Shown here: piece after piece, positions 50,335 through 54,443 of the stretch | How the letters are laid out: each line of letters begins with the position of its first letter | Position numbering within the stretch: position 1 is the first letter of the stretch | Source: Patescibacteria group bacterium | GTDB taxonomy: Bacteria > Patescibacteriota > Saccharimonadia > UBA4664 | Direction: 5' to 3' | NCBI GenBank assembly: GCA_028288925.1 | Contig: JAQGHG010000002.1 | Coordinates: 1-54,443, forward strand | DNA length: 54,443 nt | Notes under the pieces: model-generated | Told to the model about the DNA's origin: nothing | Database searches by the model: none | The model's input: only the letters and a program-made list of their open reading frames with translations | Program-made: the position numbers and the translations under genes

Positions 50335-51435
50335 ATGCACCGATCTCGTCGGCGTCTGTCATATCGGGTTATTGTTGTAGCAGCGTTGATCTTGAGCGCC
50401 GTTATGCCTTTCGTTCCAACCGGAGCGCATGCTGGGTTCCAGCAGGCATATGTGCGTTTGGACCGCATGAAGGCGAACACCGCCACGGGCGGATTGGTCT
50501 GCGCCAAGCCTAATACCGTGGGAACGGAGGCGAAAGTGCTCGTGACGTTCCCGTCGACCTATACCCTCAACACCACCGCGGCCAACTGGACGGTGAGCGC
50601 GGGCGCCACGGAAATTCCGGCCGGCTCGACGGCTTGGCCGACCATTGCCACGGCCAGCTCCGCCGACAACACGACTAAGGTGGTAACATTTGCCGGGGGC
50701 GACCTGACGGTAGGGACGTTGTACTGCTTCGTCTTCGCGGCCGTCAACACGCTTACGACAGCGGCAGCGGCGGCGAATAGCCAGCAGGCTAGTGTCCAAA
50801 CTCAGACTTCCGGCAGTGCGGTGGTAGACTCCACGCAGATTGCGCTCTCGAACGTGACCGATGATACCATTACGGTGACGGCTGTAGTTCCTCCGTCGTT
50901 TATCTTTGCTCTCAGCGGCAATGCCGATACGTTCGCCGGTAACCTTGACCCGTTGAATGTTGTTTCTACGGCGGGCGTGGTCGCTACGGTTACTACCAAT
51001 GCCAAGGGTGGATGGATCGCATGGGCCAAGGACTCACAGCAGGGGCTGTACTCGGCCAATACCGGCTATACCCTTAGTACGGTGGGTACTAAGACGGGTA
51101 CTTACGCGAATGGTACACCGGACGGCGTGACTTCGACGCTTGTGGCCGGCACCGAGGGCTATGTGCTGGATGTGGATGCTACATTGGACGCCACCGGCGG
51201 CTGTACCTTCGGATCTCCTTATGGTATCGCGGCCGAGTATGATGGGAACACGGCTTTTAAGGGTGGAAGCTTGATGGGCAACTACCAGCAGATAGCGTCT
51301 TGTTCCGGGACCTCGCCGGCTACGGCCAACGGCGACCAGATCACCCTGGTGGAGCGCGCGGCGATTTCGGGAGCGACTCCGGCGAGTTCGGACTACTCCG
51401 ACATTATCACCGTAGTGGGCGCTGGTAATTTTTAA
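50335..51435 (+). CDS. secreted two-domain surface subunit B (paralogue of 49034-50167)
   Basis: 366 aa. Signal peptide ..VIVVAALILSAVMPFVPTGAHA|GF. Blocks shared with subunit A: F.QA.VR.D..KA, ANWTV, TAWPTIATA, TDDTITVTAVVPPSF, GNADTF, TNAKGGWIAWAKD, EGYVLDVD and SDYSDIITVVGAGNF. Confidence 0.75.
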   Translation: MHRSRRRLSYRVIVVAALILSAVMPFVPTGAHAGFQQAYVRLDRMKANTATGGLVCAKPNTVGTEAKVLVTFPSTYTLNTTAANWTVSAGATEIPAGSTAWPTIATASSADNTTKVVTFAGGDLTVGTLYCFVFAAVNTLTTAAAAANSQQASVQTQTSGSAVVDSTQIALSNVTDDTITVTAVVPPSFIFALSGNADTFAGNLDPLNVVSTAGVVATVTTNAKGGWIAWAKDSQQGLYSANTGYTLSTVGTKTGTYANGTPDGVTSTLVAGTEGYVLDVDATLDATGGCTFGSPYGIAAEYDGNTAFKGGSLMGNYQQIASCSGTSPATANGDQITLVERAAISGATPASSDYSDIITVVGAGNF

Positions 51436-51447
51436 CCTGAGATTGTT

Positions 51448-52506
51448 ATGAAGCGATTGTTCCTAGGTCTGATGGTTTTGGCGGTGGTGTTTGGCAACGT
51501 GATAGTGGCGCCGGGAGCGTTCGCGGCCGATGCCAAGCCGCTTACCCTGCAGACTTCGCCGTTGCCGATTAGCTTGAGCGCCGATCCGGGCAAGTCGGTG
51601 ACGACTGATTTGCGTATAAAGCAGAATGGCGGCGACACCGAGAAGTTGAAAGTGTCGCTGATGAAGTTTGGCGCCTACGGCGAAGAGGGCAAGCCTGTGC
51701 TCACCGACCGGGGCCCGGCGGATACGTATTTTGACTGGGTGAAGTTTGATAAGACGGTGTTTGACGCGCCGGCCAATGTGTGGCAGACGGTACACATGAC
51801 GATTAACCTGCCGAAATCGGCGGCCTTCGGGTATTACTACGCGGTGGTGTTTTCGCGCGTGGGCGACGATGTGAGGCAGGGCGGCCGCACCAACTCGCTG
51901 AGTGGCGCGACGGCGGTGTTGGTACTACTAGAGGCGCACAATCCCAATGCTAAACGTTCGCTGCAGTTGAGCTCGTTTGCGACGGAGCATCGGATCTATG
52001 AGTTTTTGCCGGCGAAGTTTAGGGTGAAGCTGGCGAATACGGGCAATGTGCATGGAGCGCCGCAGGGCGATATATTCATCATGAAGGGTAAGAAGCAGAT
52101 CGCTACGCTGAGCTTGAACTCGGGCGGCGGTAACATCTTGCCACAGTCTAAGCGGTCTTTTCCGGCGGCGTGGTCGGATGGTTTCCCGGTCTATGATACG
52201 GTGCAAGAGGATGGCAAGACGAAGCTGGACAAGAACGGCAAGCCCGTACAGAAGCTCAAATGGGACTGGACGCAGGCCAATAAATTCCGGTTTGGGAAAT
52301 ATACGGCGCAGCTCTTCGCGGTGTATGACGACGGCAAGCATGATGTGCCGATCGAAGCACAGGTGTCGTTTTGGGTGATTCCGTGGCGGTTCCTCTTGGT
52401 GCTACTGCTGGTGCTGACGCTGGTCGGATTCGGGGTATACTCGACGGTGCGAGGGACGGTGCGCGGTGTGAGCCGGGGGACGCGGCGGCTAAAGGGCCGG
52501 AGGTAG
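51448..52506 (+). CDS. DUF916/DUF3324-like (WxL-interacting-protein-like) membrane-anchored surface protein 1
   Basis: 352 aa. Signal peptide MKRLFLGLMVLAVVFGNVIVAPGAFA|AD. First beta module (..SADPGKSVTTDLRIKQNGGDTEKLKVSL...WQTVHMTINLPKSAAFGYYYAVVF). Second beta module (..FRVKLANTGNVHG..FRFGKYTAQLFAVYDDG..). C-terminal TM WRFLLVLLLVLTLVGFGVY plus a basic tail. Confidence 0.65.
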   Translation: MKRLFLGLMVLAVVFGNVIVAPGAFAADAKPLTLQTSPLPISLSADPGKSVTTDLRIKQNGGDTEKLKVSLMKFGAYGEEGKPVLTDRGPADTYFDWVKFDKTVFDAPANVWQTVHMTINLPKSAAFGYYYAVVFSRVGDDVRQGGRTNSLSGATAVLVLLEAHNPNAKRSLQLSSFATEHRIYEFLPAKFRVKLANTGNVHGAPQGDIFIMKGKKQIATLSLNSGGGNILPQSKRSFPAAWSDGFPVYDTVQEDGKTKLDKNGKPVQKLKWDWTQANKFRFGKYTAQLFAVYDDGKHDVPIEAQVSFWVIPWRFLLVLLLVLTLVGFGVYSTVRGTVRGVSRGTRRLKGRR

Positions 52507-52511
52507 GTTTG

Positions 52512-53435
52512 GTGCGGCGGGGGATGGCCCTGGCAGTACTGATAGTGCTAGCCTTGGGATGGTTCCGGATGGGGGAAGCGGCGCGGGGCACGGGGTTTGT
52601 GGTGTCGCCGGCTTTCCAGGAAGTGCGGGTGCCGGCGGACAAGGCCGAGGTGCCATACGCGCTGCAGATCACCAATCGCAACGCGGCGGATCAGAACTTT
52701 CGCTTGAGCGTGGTGGACTTCGGTGCGTTGGACGAAGAGGGCGGTGTGGCATTCTTGGGCACGCCTTCGAGCGAGCTGGAGCACAAATACGGCTTGGCTT
52801 CGTGGGTGCGGCTAGAGAAGGACGCGCTGTTTGTGCCGGCGGGGAAGTCGGTGAAGCTGGACATTACGATCATGAACCGGGCGTCGCTGGCGCCGGGTGG
52901 GCATTATGGCGCGGTGCTAGCTACGGCCGTGACGGACACGGGCCAGGCGGTGGAGAATAGTGTGGGCGTGAAGCAGGTGGTGTCGTCGTTGGTGTTGGCG
53001 GTCAAAGATGGTGGGGCTGATCCGAAGCTCAAGCTAGTGGGGCAGACGTCGGACGCGGCGTTTTGGCATTTGCCGAGCCGGGTGGAGCAGCGTTATCAGA
53101 ACTTGGGCAATGTGCACGTGGCGCCGCGAGGAGTAGTGGCGGTGCAGGACCCGGCCGGGCGCGTGGTGGCGCGGGTAGCGATTAATGAGGGTAGCGGGGC
53201 GATTTTGCCGGAGAGTTTCCGGCGCTACAAAGCTACGCTGATGCCGGTGGCGGCGGCTTGGATGCCGGGCCGGTACCGGATCGTGAGCACGTACCGGTAT
53301 GACGGGACAGATAAGACGCTGGTGTATACAACGATGTTTTGGTACGTGGGCGCCGTGGTGGTATGGCTGGTGGGATTGCTGGCGCTGGCGGCCGCGGGGC
53401 TGCTGGGATGGTGGTTGTGGCGCCGGCGCCGGTAA
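52512..53435 (+). CDS. DUF916/DUF3324-like membrane-anchored surface protein 2 (paralogue)
   Basis: GTG 52512 lies 9 nt after GGAGG (alternatives are TTG 52509 and ATG 52524). ..FVVSPAFQEVRVPADKAEVPYALQITNRNAADQNFRLSVVDF...SVKLDITIMNRASLAPGGHYGAVLATAV.. C-terminal TM VVVWLVGLLALAAAGLLGWWLW plus RRRR. Confidence 0.6.
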   Translation: MRRGMALAVLIVLALGWFRMGEAARGTGFVVSPAFQEVRVPADKAEVPYALQITNRNAADQNFRLSVVDFGALDEEGGVAFLGTPSSELEHKYGLASWVRLEKDALFVPAGKSVKLDITIMNRASLAPGGHYGAVLATAVTDTGQAVENSVGVKQVVSSLVLAVKDGGADPKLKLVGQTSDAAFWHLPSRVEQRYQNLGNVHVAPRGVVAVQDPAGRVVARVAINEGSGAILPESFRRYKATLMPVAAAWMPGRYRIVSTYRYDGTDKTLVYTTMFWYVGAVVVWLVGLLALAAAGLLGWWLWRRRR

Positions 53436-53440
53436 GCGGC

Positions 53441-54172
53441 TTATTTGCCTTTGATCGCGTAGCCGCCGTCGACCAGGATATCCGTGCCGGTGATGTAGCC
53501 GGCTTCGGTGGAGGCTAGGAATAATATCATGCCGGCGATTTCTTCCGGCTGGGCTATGCGGCCGGCGATAGTGCCTTGCTTGATTCGCTCGTAGGTGTCG
53601 GGCGACCAATCGGTGGCCATGTCGGTTTCGACGTAGCCGGGCGAAACGCTGTTGAACCGTACTTTGGGGTAGGCTTTTGCCAGCGCTTTGGTAATGGCGA
53701 TGACGCTCGTTTTGCTGGCCGCGTAGGTAAGGCTGCTAAGGGTTGCGAGATTGGCGTGGCCTTTGATTGAGGCGACGTTTATGACACTGCAATTTTCTCG
53801 TTTGAGCATGCCTGGTAGGACGGCCTGGATGCAGTGTAACGTGCCGAGCACGTTGACGGAATATTCCTCGAGGGCGTGCTCGTCGGTCACATCGGAGATG
53901 TCTTTGAGGCCGGCGTGCCCCATGCCGGCGTTGTTTACGAGGACATCTATGGGGCCGAGCTTGGCTATCGCCTGATGGGTGGCTGGTCGGTCTGAGATGT
54001 CGAAGACGGTCTTGGTGGAGCCGGGGATTTCTTGGTGCGTTTGGTTGAGTTCTTTTGAGTCGGTGCGGCCGTGGATAATGACGTTGTAGCCCTTGGCGGC
54101 GGCGTTTTGGGCAATGACTTTGCCTATGCCGCGGCTGGAGCCGGTGATGAGTATGGTTTGGGGTGAATTCAT
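53441..54172 (-). CDS. SDR-family oxidoreductase
   Basis: Start at ATG 54172 (MNSPQTILITGSSRGIGKVIA..). TGxxxGIG cofactor motif, NNAG, and the catalytic Y-x3-K (YAASKTSV). Confidence 0.88.
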   Translation of the reverse strand: MNSPQTILITGSSRGIGKVIAQNAAAKGYNVIIHGRTDSKELNQTHQEIPGSTKTVFDISDRPATHQAIAKLGPIDVLVNNAGMGHAGLKDISDVTDEHALEEYSVNVLGTLHCIQAVLPGMLKRENCSVINVASIKGHANLATLSSLTYAASKTSVIAITKALAKAYPKVRFNSVSPGYVETDMATDWSPDTYERIKQGTIAGRIAQPEEIAGMILFLASTEAGYITGTDILVDGGYAIKGK

Positions 54173-54216
54173 AGCTTCAGTATACCTTACGCGTTCGGGT
54201 GGTATGGAGAGTGAAC

Positions 54217-54295
54217 TATATGTCGTCAAACGATATATAGGGTTGTAGAATCCGGGCTTAGTTAGAAGATTATATACATCGTTTGACGACATATA
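54217..54295. repeat. 18-bp perfect inverted repeat upstream of the SDR gene (operator or structured element)
   Basis: TATATGTCGTCAAACGAT (54217-54234) and ATCGTTTGACGACATATA (54278-54295) are exact reverse complements separated by 43 nt, lying 45-120 nt upstream of the SDR start. Confidence 0.6.
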
Positions 54296-54443
54296 CGCAG
54301 TGGGTAGTTGGGGTCTGGGCGGAGCAGTATTAGGCCTCAATTCTAGATACAAAACCCTTGTGCTTGGAAGGCAAAACGCCTATGCTAGTAGTGTAACTAT
54401 GTGATGGAGTTGCGGATCTCTAGTCGTCTCACTACGAGTCGAA

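Noticed and set aside
1-54443. CRISPR arrays, rRNA/tRNA genes, intact IS elements or integrases, and alternative genetic code (UGA recoding)
   Set aside because: No regularly spaced direct repeats and no cloverleaf candidates were seen in the intergenic regions. This was only a visual scan; tRNAscan-SE, Infernal and minCED should confirm it. TGA terminates conserved genes at the expected length (secD at 11477-11479, adk at 26077-26079), so code 11 applies.

Overview
The window looks like a compact, roughly 60% G+C bacterial chromosome segment with tightly packed genes, many of them with 1-4 nt stop/start overlaps. TGA is used as a stop codon, so this is the standard code 11.

The backbone is housekeeping:
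- rbfA (3' end), then def-fmt downstream of priA
- secD-secF
- recJ-rel-hisS
- HIT, then rpsU-yqeY-dgkA-adk-map
- ftsA, ftsZ-yggT
- an aldo/keto reductase and two RibD_C/DHFR-family paralogues
- a T-box leader followed by ileS-rodA
- rplU
- an SDR oxidoreductase

Gene content, leaderless-type promoters and Gram-positive-type surface genes suggest a small-genome monoderm lineage (Patescibacteria/Saccharibacteria-like or a relative). This is inference only. By eye I found no rRNA, tRNA, CRISPR array, integrase or intact transposase.

Regions worth a second look:
1. 47.8-53.4 kb: a surface-protein locus. Three secreted proteins share a C-terminal ...DY(S/T)(D/E)(I/L)(I/L)T...F strand. Two membrane-anchored paralogues resemble DUF916/DUF3324 (WxL-interacting) proteins. 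It is preceded by PKD-domain and beta-helix/lectin-like membrane proteins.
2. 28482-30074: a 530-aa GSP-synthase/circularly-permuted-ATP-grasp-like gene wedged between ftsA and ftsZ.
3. 34.4-38.6 kb: an AT-rich island inserted just upstream of the ileS T-box. It carries a zeta-toxin-like kinase, a two-repeat Ltp-like protein, an IS-transposase remnant, a Cys/His orphan, and a split TM + LPO_1073-like gene.
4. 238-4708: two tandem, highly charged, internally duplicated 730-aa proteins that share a TATACT + palindrome + SD leader.
5. 6275-6367 and 26874-26967: two homologous ~94-nt GGAAT...ATTCC hairpin elements in unrelated intergenic regions.

The many long antisense ORFs in the ORF track are GC-driven shadows.
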